DNA of 64,000 nucleotides from a bacterium (GTDB taxonomy: Bacteria; SAR324; NAC60-12): the NCBI GenBank assembly GCA_965209155.1, contig OZ242383.1, forward strand, positions 2,432,001 to 2,496,000, read 5' to 3'. The notes under the pieces are model-generated. The model did no database searches. It had not been told where the DNA came from and was given only the letters and a program-made list of their open reading frames with translations. Below, piece by piece: positions 1 through 10,384 of the stretch. Each line of letters begins with the position of its first letter. The stretch's first letter is position 1. Made by a program: the position numbers and the translations under genes.

Positions 1-182
1 TGGTAAAATGATGGTCATCACCCCTCCTTCCTCTCCATCTTTCTGACCCGGCTCGATGCTTGTTCCCAATCATAAATTAAATCGTCCTGGAGGAACTCGT
101 AAACTCGAAAGTCTTGCATTCCGGCAATCACGATAAAACGGAACCGGCAGGTTGTCAAGCAAGGGGAAGTCGAGGAACGAGC

Positions 183-1331
183 TCAAAAAATTCCCTGCGG
201 GTCCAAGCCGAGATAAAATTGTCCTGCCGTGTCATAATGGGAAAGACGTCCCTGGATCTGTTGGGTGATGGCGTGGACGTCCTGAAAGCGGCGCTGGATT
301 GGATTTCTTGTAAAAATCGCATCGGAACCGCAAAGGGCATAGGCCGTGTCGACCACTTCGGCCGCCATACGAATCGCATGGGTTGCTGAAAGCCGTAAAC
401 CGATACGTTCCTCGATCGTCAGGGAATGATTCCTGGATGCGCTGTTCCAAACGGCAGCAGTGCGTTCACGAAGAAAGGCTCTCGCAGAACGCCAACAGGC
501 TTCTCCTTGCCCCACCATGCGATGAGAAGTGGATTTTTCTTGAAGCCGGTCTTTTTCCATCCATTGTTTCTTACGCACCGCTAATCCGATGGCCGTATCC
601 AAGGCGCTGCGCGCTGCTCCCAGTGCCGTGGTTGCGAATCCGGAGGCAAAAAGCAGGTTGATCGAAATGACGTACAACGCGCCTGGCTCCCGGGCATTCT
701 CGCCGGGGTCGAAAGTTCTTGGATAGGGAACGAATAATTGATCCGCTTTAAAACTCAAACTTCCCGTTCCCCTCAAACCGGCGACGTGCCAGTCGTCGAT
801 GAATTCAACCTCGTCTTTGGGAACCAACAGGATGCGTACTTCATTTTCTTTTTCTGGTTGCGCATGAGGTTCCGCTTCGGGTGAAACGACCGGAGCGATG
901 GCGGCAAACCAGGTAGCATGGGGGCTGCCACTGCTGAATTTCCACTGCCCGCTGAGCAGGTAGCCTCCCTCTACCGGATTGGCGAATGCCGAAGCGGGAG
1001 GACCATTGGCCACTACCGCCCTGGGATCACTCCAAATCTTTTTGGCGGTTTGCTCCGGCATCTTTGCCGCATAGGTAGCAAAGACGTTGTTTTGGTTGAG
1101 GCACCAAGCCGTGCTGGCATCCGCTTCAGCAAACAACTCGATGATCCGCAGGTATTCCAACCAATCCATTTCTTCCCCATCGAGGGAACGCGGAACCAGC
1201 AAGCGAAAGAAATTTTTATCCGCAAGCGCCTGGACCAACTCCGTGGGAATTTTCCTTTCCCAGTCGATTCGATCACTTTCCCTGGCAACCCGGGACGCCA
1301 GCTCTTCTGCGACCTGAAGGTAATTTTTCAT
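183..1331 (-). CDS. Acyl-CoA dehydrogenase-fold flavin-dependent hydroxylase (HsaA/NcnH-like)
   Basis: 382-aa ORF with motifs GQWKFSSGS, DDWHVAGLRGTGS and IQRRFQDVH. Confidence 0.85.
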   Translation of the reverse strand: MKNYLQVAEELASRVARESDRIDWERKIPTELVQALADKNFFRLLVPRSLDGEEMDWLEYLRIIELFAEADASTAWCLNQNNVFATYAAKMPEQTAKKIWSDPRAVVANGPPASAFANPVEGGYLLSGQWKFSSGSPHATWFAAIAPVVSPEAEPHAQPEKENEVRILLVPKDEVEFIDDWHVAGLRGTGSLSFKADQLFVPYPRTFDPGENAREPGALYVISINLLFASGFATTALGAARSALDTAIGLAVRKKQWMEKDRLQEKSTSHRMVGQGEACWRSARAFLRERTAAVWNSASRNHSLTIEERIGLRLSATHAIRMAAEVVDTAYALCGSDAIFTRNPIQRRFQDVHAITQQIQGRLSHYDTAGQFYLGLDPQGIF

Positions 1332-1337
1332 AAATGT

Positions 1338-2126
1338 CTAATGCTCCGTTTCGGCGTATCTTGCCATCCAACTCAGCCCCTGCAGGGTATCTCCTCGGGG
1401 CGTGTATTCAAGACCAACCCATCCCTGGTAATCCAGTTGGTCCAATAAAGTAAGCAGGTAAAACAAATTGATTTCTCCCTCGTCGGGTTCTTGACGGTTG
1501 GGCATCCCGGAAATTTGCGTATGGGCAATCTGGGAAAAATATTTTTTAAAGTTGTATTCCAAGTGACCCAACATCATTTGGGTGTGATAAAAATCGAACT
1601 GCAATCGCACGTTGGGCAGCCCCACTTGCCGCAATATTGAAATCGCCTGTTGGGGATTGTTCATAAAATAACCGGGATTGTCGAAGGTATTGATCGGCTC
1701 GATCAAGATGGTTTTCTTCACTGCCACCGCTTTAACCCCGGCATATTTGAGATTCTCGACATAGGTTGCTTCATGCTCCCGCACACTACGATCCCCTTCG
1801 GTAATACCGGCCATCACGTGGATAAAAGGGCAATCCAAAGCAATGGCATACTTCAAAGCCTCTTCGATGCTTTCCCGGAATTCGCTCACCCTGCCAGGCA
1901 AAGCCGCAAAGCCCCGTTCTCCCTTTCGCAAATCGCCGGGAGGTCCGTTGATCAGCAAATGTTTCAGTCCACTCGCTTGCAAGGCTTCTCTCAGCTCTTT
2001 TGGAGGAACTTCATAGGGAAATGTGCACTCGACGGCGGAAAATCCAGCATTCGCAACGGCTTGAAAACGTTCCGTGAAAGGATGTTCCTGAAACATGGTA
2101 GATATGTTGGCAGCAAATTTTGGCAT
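1338..2126 (-). CDS. hyi: Hydroxypyruvate isomerase family (Hyi/OtnI)
   Basis: MPKFAANIS start, LIEPIN, QFDFYH, RQEPDEGEIN, GWVGLEY. Confidence 0.88.
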   Translation of the reverse strand: MPKFAANISTMFQEHPFTERFQAVANAGFSAVECTFPYEVPPKELREALQASGLKHLLINGPPGDLRKGERGFAALPGRVSEFRESIEEALKYAIALDCPFIHVMAGITEGDRSVREHEATYVENLKYAGVKAVAVKKTILIEPINTFDNPGYFMNNPQQAISILRQVGLPNVRLQFDFYHTQMMLGHLEYNFKKYFSQIAHTQISGMPNRQEPDEGEINLFYLLTLLDQLDYQGWVGLEYTPRGDTLQGLSWMARYAETEH

Positions 2127-2150
2127 GGATTCTCCCGGTTGATAAATGAA

Positions 2151-2383
2151 TGCGTAACAAGATTGAAAAACGTGTCATTCCTGGATGATCCGGTACCAGC
2201 ATGATCCGGCATCCAAAATATCGCATGTATTCCCTGGATTCCTGGTCTGGGCCAGGAATGACACACTGCAGGTTTCCGGGCCAATTCCCTGGATTCCTGA
2301 TCAAGCCAGGAATGACCAATGCGATTCTCTGGATTCCAGGTCTGGGCCAGGAATGACACGTTTTTTAACTCCTGATTCACGTA
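2151..2383. repeat. REP/MITE-like element: three palindromic units with the terminal ...ACTCCTGATTCACGTA
   Basis: CTGGATTCCTG..(C/G)CAGGAATGAC units at ~2234, 2289 and 2329; right end matches the 36430-36899 element, left end is degenerate. Confidence 0.8.
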
Positions 2384-2611
2384 AATGAATATGGATCGAC
2401 GCGAACCGCGATATAATTGTTGACAACCCTGCTTCGGTTATTTATCAATTCATAAAGTACTTCACAAGTCAAAATTATTAAGGATTCAGTCGACGCGAAT
2501 TATGGACCACGAGCAAAAAATCAAGAGAATGCGCCCAGTTCCATCCCCCCTGGAGGGGAAATCGTCTCGTCGTTATTTTACATGATGCGGACTTCATCAT
2601 CCTTCTTCGCC

Positions 2612-3745
2612 ATGATTGCTTGTCAAAGACATTTATTCAATATCGCAGAGCATATCACTTACCTGAATTGTTCCTACATGTCCCCCCAGCTGCGACGGGT
2701 GAGCGAGGCGGGTTTGCGGGGGATGCGTCGTAAAGAATCACCCTGGGAATTGAATGCAGCGGATTTTTTTGAGAGTTCGGAAAAAGCTCGTCAATTGTTC
2801 GCCCGGCTCACCGGGGCGGAAGCGGACGATATCGCAATCATCCCCTCGGCAAGTTATGGAATCTCGACTGCAGCGAAAAATTTAAAATTACGGAGGGGAG
2901 AAAAAATCATCCTGCTTCAAGACCAATTCCCCTCCAACGTCTACCCCTGGCAGGCGCTCGCCCGGCAATACGAAGCAAGGATCGAAATGCTTGTTCGTCC
3001 CGCAGACGGGAACTGGACCACAGCGTTGCTCTCTCGTATTGGGGTATCCACGGCAATCGTCGCTTTGCCACACTGCCATTGGACCGATGGAAGTTTGGTG
3101 GACCTGGTAAAAATCCGGGAAGCGTGCGATAAAATGAACGCGGTCCTGGTCGTCGATGCTACTCAATCCCTGGGCGCGTTTCCTTTTTCCGTGAAAAAAA
3201 TCCGGCCAGACTATTTGATCAGCGCGTGCTATAAATGGTTGTTGGGTCCATACAGTCTCGGTTTCATGTACGTGCACCCGTCCCGGCAAAACGGAGAGCC
3301 GCTGGAACACAACTGGATCCACCGTAAAAACAGCGAAGATTTTGCCGGCCTGGTAAATTACCGCGAGGAATTCCAAGCGGGAGCACGGCGTTTTGACGTA
3401 GGAGAACGAAGTAATTTCGCCCTCCTGCCTATGGCGACGACGGCCTTGGAACAGGTCCTGGAGTGGGGAGTTTGTCAGATTGCGGAATCCTTGTCCGCCT
3501 TCACCACTCAAATCGCTCGAGAGGCCAATGCCCTGGATCTCCAGGTCCTCCCTCCCCATTTGAGGGCAGGGCATATGATCGGACTCAGGTTCCCCGAAGG
3601 GATCCCTCACGACCTTCTGAAACAATTGTCTGATCAACAGATTTATGTCAGCGTACGAGGAGACTCCATACGCGTTTCTCCGCATTTGTACAATACGAAA
3701 CAAGATATTGAGCGGCTCTTTGACGCCCTGAAACGCAGCATGTGA
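2612..3745 (+). CDS. Class V PLP-dependent aminotransferase (cysteine desulfurase/kynureninase-like)
   Basis: YLNCSYMSP, VDATQSLG, SACYKWLLGP (PLP lysine), RVSPHLYN; start chosen at ATG 2612. Confidence 0.85.
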   Translation: MIACQRHLFNIAEHITYLNCSYMSPQLRRVSEAGLRGMRRKESPWELNAADFFESSEKARQLFARLTGAEADDIAIIPSASYGISTAAKNLKLRRGEKIILLQDQFPSNVYPWQALARQYEARIEMLVRPADGNWTTALLSRIGVSTAIVALPHCHWTDGSLVDLVKIREACDKMNAVLVVDATQSLGAFPFSVKKIRPDYLISACYKWLLGPYSLGFMYVHPSRQNGEPLEHNWIHRKNSEDFAGLVNYREEFQAGARRFDVGERSNFALLPMATTALEQVLEWGVCQIAESLSAFTTQIAREANALDLQVLPPHLRAGHMIGLRFPEGIPHDLLKQLSDQQIYVSVRGDSIRVSPHLYNTKQDIERLFDALKRSM

Positions 3746-3782
3746 CAAAACTATTGTAATTCTAACCAATATTTTAGACGAA

Positions 3783-4898
3783 ATGAATCCTCTTTCATTG
3801 ACCCGCAAGTTATTGGCTTTCAATACCATCAATCCACCCGGACAAGAGCGGGAATGCGCCCGCTTCCTGGGAGAAGTCCTGGAAAGGGGTGGATTTCAAA
3901 CGAGCTATTACGAACACGCGGAAGGGCGAGGTACTCTGGTGGCTCGTCTCGATGGCCTGGGCCACAAACCACCCATCTGTTTCACGGGGCACATCGACAC
4001 CGTTCCCTTGGGGGCTGTTGCCTGGAGCAAGGACCCTTTCCATGGAGAGCAGGACGGCAATAAAATTTACGGTCGTGGTACGTCCGATATGAAAAGCGGG
4101 GTGGCGGCCATGGTACTCGCCGGTTTGGAATTGGCCCGGCAACCCCGCAGGGAATCGGGCTTCGTCTTGATTCTTACTGCAGGAGAAGAAACGGGATTTG
4201 AAGGGGCCGCTTATTTAGCAGGAATCGATGCTTTGGGAAAAGCCGGTGCCATCGTGGTGGGAGAACCCACGGCAAATTATCCATTGGTGGGCCACAAAGG
4301 GATGATGTGGCTCGAAGTTTCAACCAAGGGAGTCACGGCTCACGGATCCATGCCCGAAGAAGGAGACAACGCCATTTACAAAGCAGCCCGCGCTATCGCG
4401 AAATTGGAAAAATTTCAATTCGAAGCAGCCCCGCATCCCATTTTGGGAAAACCAACACTCAATTTGGGCACCATCGAAGGTGGATTGAACGCCAACTCCG
4501 TTCCGGATCGTACCATGATGCAGCTCGACATACGAACCATTCCCGGACAAGACCATGGAATCCTGCAAAAAACCATTCAATCGCTTTTGGGAGAGGAAGT
4601 GGAAATCAACCGCGTCCACAATGCCTTGTGTATCGCCACTGATCCGAATGAGGAATGGGTACAAGACGTTTTCAGCATCATGACGCCTTATCTCAGGGGG
4701 AGGCCCGAATTGCGTTCTGCCACCTATTCTACGGACGCTGCCGTCCTCACCCCCGCATACGGTAATCCACCCACCATCATATTGGGTCCTGGTGAACCCG
4801 CCATGGCGCATAAAACCGATGAATATTGCGATATCACCCGCTTGGAGGAATCGGTCGACGTTTATTTGGAAATTGCCCGGCAATGGTGCCATCGATAA
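3783..4898 (+). CDS. M20 metallopeptidase (ArgE/DapE-like)
   Basis: [31 protein letters not shown]. Confidence 0.9.
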   Translation: MNPLSLTRKLLAFNTINPPGQERECARFLGEVLERGGFQTSYYEHAEGRGTLVARLDGLGHKPPICFTGHIDTVPLGAVAWSKDPFHGEQDGNKIYGRGTSDMKSGVAAMVLAGLELARQPRRESGFVLILTAGEETGFEGAAYLAGIDALGKAGAIVVGEPTANYPLVGHKGMMWLEVSTKGVTAHGSMPEEGDNAIYKAARAIAKLEKFQFEAAPHPILGKPTLNLGTIEGGLNANSVPDRTMMQLDIRTIPGQDHGILQKTIQSLLGEEVEINRVHNALCIATDPNEEWVQDVFSIMTPYLRGRPELRSATYSTDAAVLTPAYGNPPTIILGPGEPAMAHKTDEYCDITRLEESVDVYLEIARQWCHR

Positions 4899-4920
4899 TT
4901 TCTTACGAGCAAGATGGAAA

Positions 4921-5886
4921 ATGGCAAAAAAACTCATGGATGAGTATTCCTCCTACACGGATTTTTCCCGTCAGGAATGGTCCGAATTGCGCGCCTCGAC
5001 GCCTTTGATGCTCACTGAAAGCGATTTGACGAGGCTGCAGGGGATCAATGAAGCGCTTTCCTTGCAGGAAGTTGCGGAAATTTACTTACCTCTTTCCCGC
5101 CTGCTCAACCTGCACGTCGCCGCAGTGGGAGATCTTTTTCAGGTAATGGACCATTTTTTAGGCAAAGCGATGGCCAAAGTTCCCTACGTGATCGGAATTG
5201 CCGGAAGCGTGGCAGTGGGAAAAAGTACAACCGCGCGCATTCTGCAAGCGCTCCTCTCCCTGTGGCTTCACCATCCAAAAGTAGATCGTATCACCACAGA
5301 CGGATTCCTGCACCCGAACCGGGTGCTCGAGGAGCGTGGGATCATGCACCGCAAAGGCTTCCCGGAAAGCTATGACCTGAGACGCCTGGTGCGCTTTGTG
5401 GCAGACGTAAAATCCGGTCTCCCCGTGGTAAAAGCACCGCTTTATTCCCACTTACTCTATGATATCGTTCCCGACCGGTGTCAAGTTGCGGAACAACCTG
5501 ATATCGTTATCCTGGAAGGGTTGAACGTGCTTCAAAGCGCCAAAGATTATCCGGATGATGCGCCTCGGGTCTTTGTTTCCGATTTTTTTGATTTTTCGAT
5601 TTATGTGGACGCCAGGGAAGGACACCTGAAACAATGGTACGTCGACCGGTTTTTGCGTTACTGCGATACCACCTTCCAGAACCCTTCGTCTTATTTCCAT
5701 CGCTATTCCACCTTGTCTCACAAGGAAGCCATCGAGGTCTCGGCAAGTATCTGGGAAAATATCAACGCCATCAATTTAAAGGAAAATATCGAACCCACCC
5801 GCGAACGCGCCCATTTGATCCTCGAAAAAGGGCTGGATCATTCCGTGGAGCGCGTGAGATTGCGCAAAATGTATCTTTCCGGATAA
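4921..5886 (+). CDS. coaA: Type I pantothenate kinase
   Basis: [37 protein letters not shown]; start at ATG 4921. Confidence 0.95.
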   Translation: MAKKLMDEYSSYTDFSRQEWSELRASTPLMLTESDLTRLQGINEALSLQEVAEIYLPLSRLLNLHVAAVGDLFQVMDHFLGKAMAKVPYVIGIAGSVAVGKSTTARILQALLSLWLHHPKVDRITTDGFLHPNRVLEERGIMHRKGFPESYDLRRLVRFVADVKSGLPVVKAPLYSHLLYDIVPDRCQVAEQPDIVILEGLNVLQSAKDYPDDAPRVFVSDFFDFSIYVDAREGHLKQWYVDRFLRYCDTTFQNPSSYFHRYSTLSHKEAIEVSASIWENINAINLKENIEPTRERAHLILEKGLDHSVERVRLRKMYLSG

Positions 5887-6014
5887 ATCATCGAATGCGG
5901 GGGGCTGGCAGCTGAAAAGCCCCAACCAGGAAAATGAACCTGAAAAAAGGTATAATCTTATGAAGACATCTATGAAAAGACTGGCAGCAAGTGCCCGGAT
6001 TGGAGTGCAACACC

Positions 6015-8462
6015 ATGTCGCCTGACGAAAAGCCCGTGGAAGAAAATTCCACCCCTCCTCAAAACGAGGAAATCAAATCCAATGACGATAAATCCATTGT
6101 TCTGGCCACGGACGTCTTACCCGGCTACCTTCCCATCATTCCCATTCAGGACCGGCCGATGTTTCCGAAAATGATGGCGCCATTGATCATTGTGGATCCG
6201 GTAGTGAAAAAGGAGATGCTCAAACTTCTCAAAGCCTCTCGCTCCGCTCCCATGTATTTGGGGCTCGTGCTGGCAAAATTCGTCCCGGAGGAACCTACCC
6301 GGAATCCGAGCACCGCGCGCGATCTCCACCGGGTCGGCAGCGTGGGTCGAGTTCTGGAAATGAACCAGTCCGAAAGAAAACAACCCCTGCATCTCGTCCT
6401 GCAAATCCTGGAACGTTTTGAAATCGAGGAAATTGTTCAAGAAAGCCCCATCTTCCAGGCAAAAGTCGCCTACTGGTCCGAGGTGCAAATGGAAATCAAT
6501 GAAGAATTGAAGGCCTATTCGGTTTCTCTCTTGGATGGGATGAAGGAATTGATTCAGAAAAAACCGGCCTTTCGGGAAGAGTTGAATTTGCTTTTGAACC
6601 GTCTCAACGTCAACGAACCGGGTACGCTGGCCGATTTTTCCGCTGCTATGACGACTGCCAGTGGAGAGGAGTTACAAGAGATCCTGGAAACCCGTCAAGT
6701 CCGACCGCGCATCGAAAAATCGCTGATCTTGCTCAAAAAAGAATTGGAAATTTCCAAACTGCAGGGACAAATCAATAAGCGCATCGAAGAACGCCTGACC
6801 ACGCAACAACGTGAATTTTTTCTCAAAGAGCAACTGAAAGAAATCAAAAAAGAACTCGGTATCAGCAAAGATGAACAGGAAACCGAAACCGACAAATTTG
6901 AAAAGAGACTGAAAAAGCTCCATCTCACTGAAGAAGCCCGCAACCGAATCGAGGAAGAATTGGAAAAGCTGCACCTGCTCGAGCCTTCTTCGCCGGAGTT
7001 CAACGTCACCCGCAATTACCTGGACTGGTTGACGATTCTTCCCTGGGGGCGTCATACGCGGGATCGATATGATTTGAAACGGGCCAAACGCATCCTGGAA
7101 AAAGACCACTTCGGATTAGAGGACGTCAAAGAACGCATCCTGGAATTCATTTCCGTAGGAAAGCTGAAAGGCAGTCTTTCCGGTTCCATGATTCTATTGG
7201 TCGGTCCCCCGGGGGTCGGGAAAACCTCCATCGGACAATCCGTGGCCCGGAGCGTGGGACGCAAATTCTACCGTTTTTCGGTAGGAGGAATACGCGACGA
7301 AGCGGAAATCAAAGGGCACCGCCGCACTTATATCGGCGCCTTGCCGGGGAAATTCATCAATGCCATCAAAATTTGCAACACGGCCAACCCGGTGATCATG
7401 CTCGACGAAATCGATAAAATCGGAGCAAGTTTTCATGGAGACCCTGCCTCTGCGCTTTTGGAAGTGCTGGATCCCGAACAGAACAAGGATTTTCTGGATC
7501 ACTACCTCGACGTGCGCTTCGATCTTTCCAAAGTGCTCTTTATTTGCACCGCCAATCAAATGGAAACCATCCCGGCTCCCTTGCTCGATCGTATGGAAGT
7601 GATTCGCCTCTCGGGGTACATCCTGGAAGACAAAATTCAGATTGCCAAACGGCATTTGATCCCCAAACAATTGAAGCTTCATGGTTTGCTGCGTCAACAG
7701 CTGAGCTTCCCGCAATCGGTGATCCGCCAGATCATCGATGGTTATGCCCGTGAAGCCGGAGTGCGGGGACTGGAAAATCAAATCAAAAAAATCTTTCGTA
7801 AAGTCGCCAGGGAAATCGTTGAAGAAGGCAGCCAAAAAATCCCGGTCCACAGCCGGGATCTCCCTAAGTTGCTGGGACGGAAAGTCTTTCAGGAGGAGTC
7901 CCTCTACCAAACGCCCAAGGTCGGCGTGGTGATGGGATTGGCCTACACCAGCATGGGGGGCACCACGCTCTATGTCGAAGCGACCAAAATTCCTTCAAAA
8001 AATCCGGCACTGAAACAAACAGGACAACTCGGAGAAGTGATGGTGGAATCTTCCGAAATCGCATATACCTATATCCGTTCCCTGCTCAGCGAACATACGA
8101 AATTTCAGAGTTTTTTCACAAAGCATTCCGTACACCTCCATGTCCCGGCAGGGGCCACTCCCAAAGACGGTCCGTCTGCCGGAATCACCATGGCCTGCGC
8201 CTTGTATTCCCTGGCATCCGCGCAACCGGTGAAAACCGGTATGGCCATGACCGGCGAACTCACCCTCACCGGCGCGGTCATGCCGATTGGAGGAGTGAAG
8301 GAAAAAATCATTGCGGCCAAAAGGGTAAACGTAGCAGACGTGATTTTACCGCAAAACAACCAGGAAGATTTTGACGAACTGGAATCCCACGTCCGTGACG
8401 GAATCACCCCCCATTTTGTCGATTCCTTTGAGCAGGTTCGTGATCTCTGCTTTCCTGAGTGA
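6015..8462 (+). CDS. lon: Lon protease (endopeptidase La)
   Basis: GPPGVGKTS, GHRRTYIGALPG, LDEIDK, PKDGPSAG (catalytic Ser), IGGVKEK. Confidence 0.96.
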   Translation: MSPDEKPVEENSTPPQNEEIKSNDDKSIVLATDVLPGYLPIIPIQDRPMFPKMMAPLIIVDPVVKKEMLKLLKASRSAPMYLGLVLAKFVPEEPTRNPSTARDLHRVGSVGRVLEMNQSERKQPLHLVLQILERFEIEEIVQESPIFQAKVAYWSEVQMEINEELKAYSVSLLDGMKELIQKKPAFREELNLLLNRLNVNEPGTLADFSAAMTTASGEELQEILETRQVRPRIEKSLILLKKELEISKLQGQINKRIEERLTTQQREFFLKEQLKEIKKELGISKDEQETETDKFEKRLKKLHLTEEARNRIEEELEKLHLLEPSSPEFNVTRNYLDWLTILPWGRHTRDRYDLKRAKRILEKDHFGLEDVKERILEFISVGKLKGSLSGSMILLVGPPGVGKTSIGQSVARSVGRKFYRFSVGGIRDEAEIKGHRRTYIGALPGKFINAIKICNTANPVIMLDEIDKIGASFHGDPASALLEVLDPEQNKDFLDHYLDVRFDLSKVLFICTANQMETIPAPLLDRMEVIRLSGYILEDKIQIAKRHLIPKQLKLHGLLRQQLSFPQSVIRQIIDGYAREAGVRGLENQIKKIFRKVAREIVEEGSQKIPVHSRDLPKLLGRKVFQEESLYQTPKVGVVMGLAYTSMGGTTLYVEATKIPSKNPALKQTGQLGEVMVESSEIAYTYIRSLLSEHTKFQSFFTKHSVHLHVPAGATPKDGPSAGITMACALYSLASAQPVKTGMAMTGELTLTGAVMPIGGVKEKIIAAKRVNVADVILPQNNQEDFDELESHVRDGITPHFVDSFEQVRDLCFPE

Positions 8463-8538
8463 CAGTCGTATGCGAAACGGCTCTTCCGGGAAATGCGAAC
8501 CTTGGCCGTGCCAAACGCGAGAGTATAGGGCGGGAATC

Positions 8539-9789
8539 TTGAGTGAAAAGATCAAACCGACAAATTACGAGAAGGAAATGCTGGCAGGGGAGCATGGCGT
8601 TCCACGTCGTTGGGCGATGGAACAGCAAATGCTGGTAGCCGGTTTTTTCGATGCGGAAGATTTTGTCGAAGTCTCTCAGGCGCATATCATGTGCGATACC
8701 GAATCTCTGGGTGAAGCGGGGATCGAGCAGCTGGAATACCTGGCCGCTCAACCTGCACCGGACTGCAGGGTGGCGATTCCCACGGTCACCGACCCGCGTG
8801 GACTCGACCTGCGCCTCTACCAGAAGCTCAATCAACCCGAAGCCTTTGCGGAACGCGAACGACGCGCAGCCCGTGCTCTCCGCGGGATGGGTGTCCTCAT
8901 GACGGACACCTGTATCAATTACCAGACGATTTCGCCACCGGTGTTAGGGCAGCACCTGGCCTTTGGCGACACGGGCTCCGTGATCTATGCCAACAGCGTA
9001 TTGGGAGCCCGCACCAATTTCGAAGGAGGACCCGCGGCCCTGGCTGCCGCTCTCACTGGCCGCGTACCAAGATATGGATGCCATCTCCCGGAAAATCGCC
9101 AGGCAACCCGGGTGTTTCATATCGAGCATCATCCAAAAACCTTATCAGACTGGGGCGCTTTGGGTGCCATCATTGGTAAAAAAGTGGGTTCCTACTGGTC
9201 GGTTCCCGCAATCACTGGTATTCAAAAAAGTCCCGCATCGGACGAACTCAAGCACTTCGGGGCGGCCCTGGCGAGTTTCGGTTCCGTCCCCCTCTACCAC
9301 ATGGAGGGAGTGACGCCGGAAGCCCTGGATGTCCGAAACGTGCTGGCCCCTGATCATATCGATCATACCACCATAAACGTCACGGATATCCGGGATTTTT
9401 ATGCTTCATTTCAACGATTCGACCAGGTCGACGTGGTGGTTTTTGCGGCACCGCAGTTGTCGCTTTTCGAAATCCAGCATATCGCTGGAATATTAGACGG
9501 ACGGAAAATCAGTGACTCGACGGCTCTCTTGATCGCCACTTCTCCGGAAATCAAGTCGGCATGCGACCGGTTGGGTATCACCGCCCGATTGGAAGATTCA
9601 GGGGCGATTGTCCTGAGCGGTGTTTGCTTCTACCAGATGTATGCCCGGGAGCTCCGGGAAGCGAATGGTTGGAATCGCTTGGTGAGCAATTCCGCCAAAC
9701 TGGTCAATATCGTCCCGGGATATGGTTACGAAGCCATCCTCGCCACGACGGAGCAGTGCGTCGAAGCGGCAATCACGGGAAAGCTTTGA
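8539..9789 (+). CDS. Aconitase X catalytic (large) subunit, DUF521
   Basis: VSQAH, DTCINYQ, YANSVLGARTN, LKHFGAALASFG, SNSAK; TTG start inferred. Confidence 0.85.
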   Translation: MSEKIKPTNYEKEMLAGEHGVPRRWAMEQQMLVAGFFDAEDFVEVSQAHIMCDTESLGEAGIEQLEYLAAQPAPDCRVAIPTVTDPRGLDLRLYQKLNQPEAFAERERRAARALRGMGVLMTDTCINYQTISPPVLGQHLAFGDTGSVIYANSVLGARTNFEGGPAALAAALTGRVPRYGCHLPENRQATRVFHIEHHPKTLSDWGALGAIIGKKVGSYWSVPAITGIQKSPASDELKHFGAALASFGSVPLYHMEGVTPEALDVRNVLAPDHIDHTTINVTDIRDFYASFQRFDQVDVVVFAAPQLSLFEIQHIAGILDGRKISDSTALLIATSPEIKSACDRLGITARLEDSGAIVLSGVCFYQMYARELREANGWNRLVSNSAKLVNIVPGYGYEAILATTEQCVEAAITGKL

Positions 9790-10211
9790 TGGGAGCCAGC
9801 CACCTCTACGAATGTCACCCCGGAATCGGGCCAAAAGTGAGCGGAATTGTAATCGCAGCCAATGATGATTTCAGCGCGCGTTACGACCTGGACCGCATAC
9901 GGGGCGTATTTTCACGATCGTCTCACAGGCTTTATGGAGGAAGCTATGTCGGCAAGATCCTCGTCTTGAATACGGCCAAAGGCGGTGTGGCAAGCGCCTG
10001 GATGCTCTTGGATATGGTATCCCGTCAAATGGCGCCGTCCGCCCTGGTCCTGAACGTGGCCAATCCCATCTTGGCGCAAGGCGCGGCTTTTGCGGGTTTG
10101 ACGCTGGTGGACCGCTTCAACGTGGATATCACGAACGAACTGACTACCGGTGATTTTGTGACCATCGACCCACAAGCCGGTTTTGTTATCAAAAAAGAGA
10201 GTCAGGCTTGA
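9789..10211 (+). CDS. Aconitase X swiveling (small) subunit, DUF126
   Basis: TGATG coupling with the upstream gene; HRLYGGSYVGKILV..AKGG, NPILAQGA. Confidence 0.85.
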   Translation: MGASHLYECHPGIGPKVSGIVIAANDDFSARYDLDRIRGVFSRSSHRLYGGSYVGKILVLNTAKGGVASAWMLLDMVSRQMAPSALVLNVANPILAQGAAFAGLTLVDRFNVDITNELTTGDFVTIDPQAGFVIKKESQA

Positions 10212-10384
10212 ATGTTTGGAATATTAAGCAAAGATTTTATTTTTGCGGCAGTTCCTGATGGCAAGCCGAGTTATGTGAATCCTGCCATCAGTTCTGGTAA
10301 CTGACATACTTCAGAACAACTACCTCGGCTTTCGTATCACCCGGTGAAACAGCCTCCCACGCGTCGGCATCAATCGACATTGCG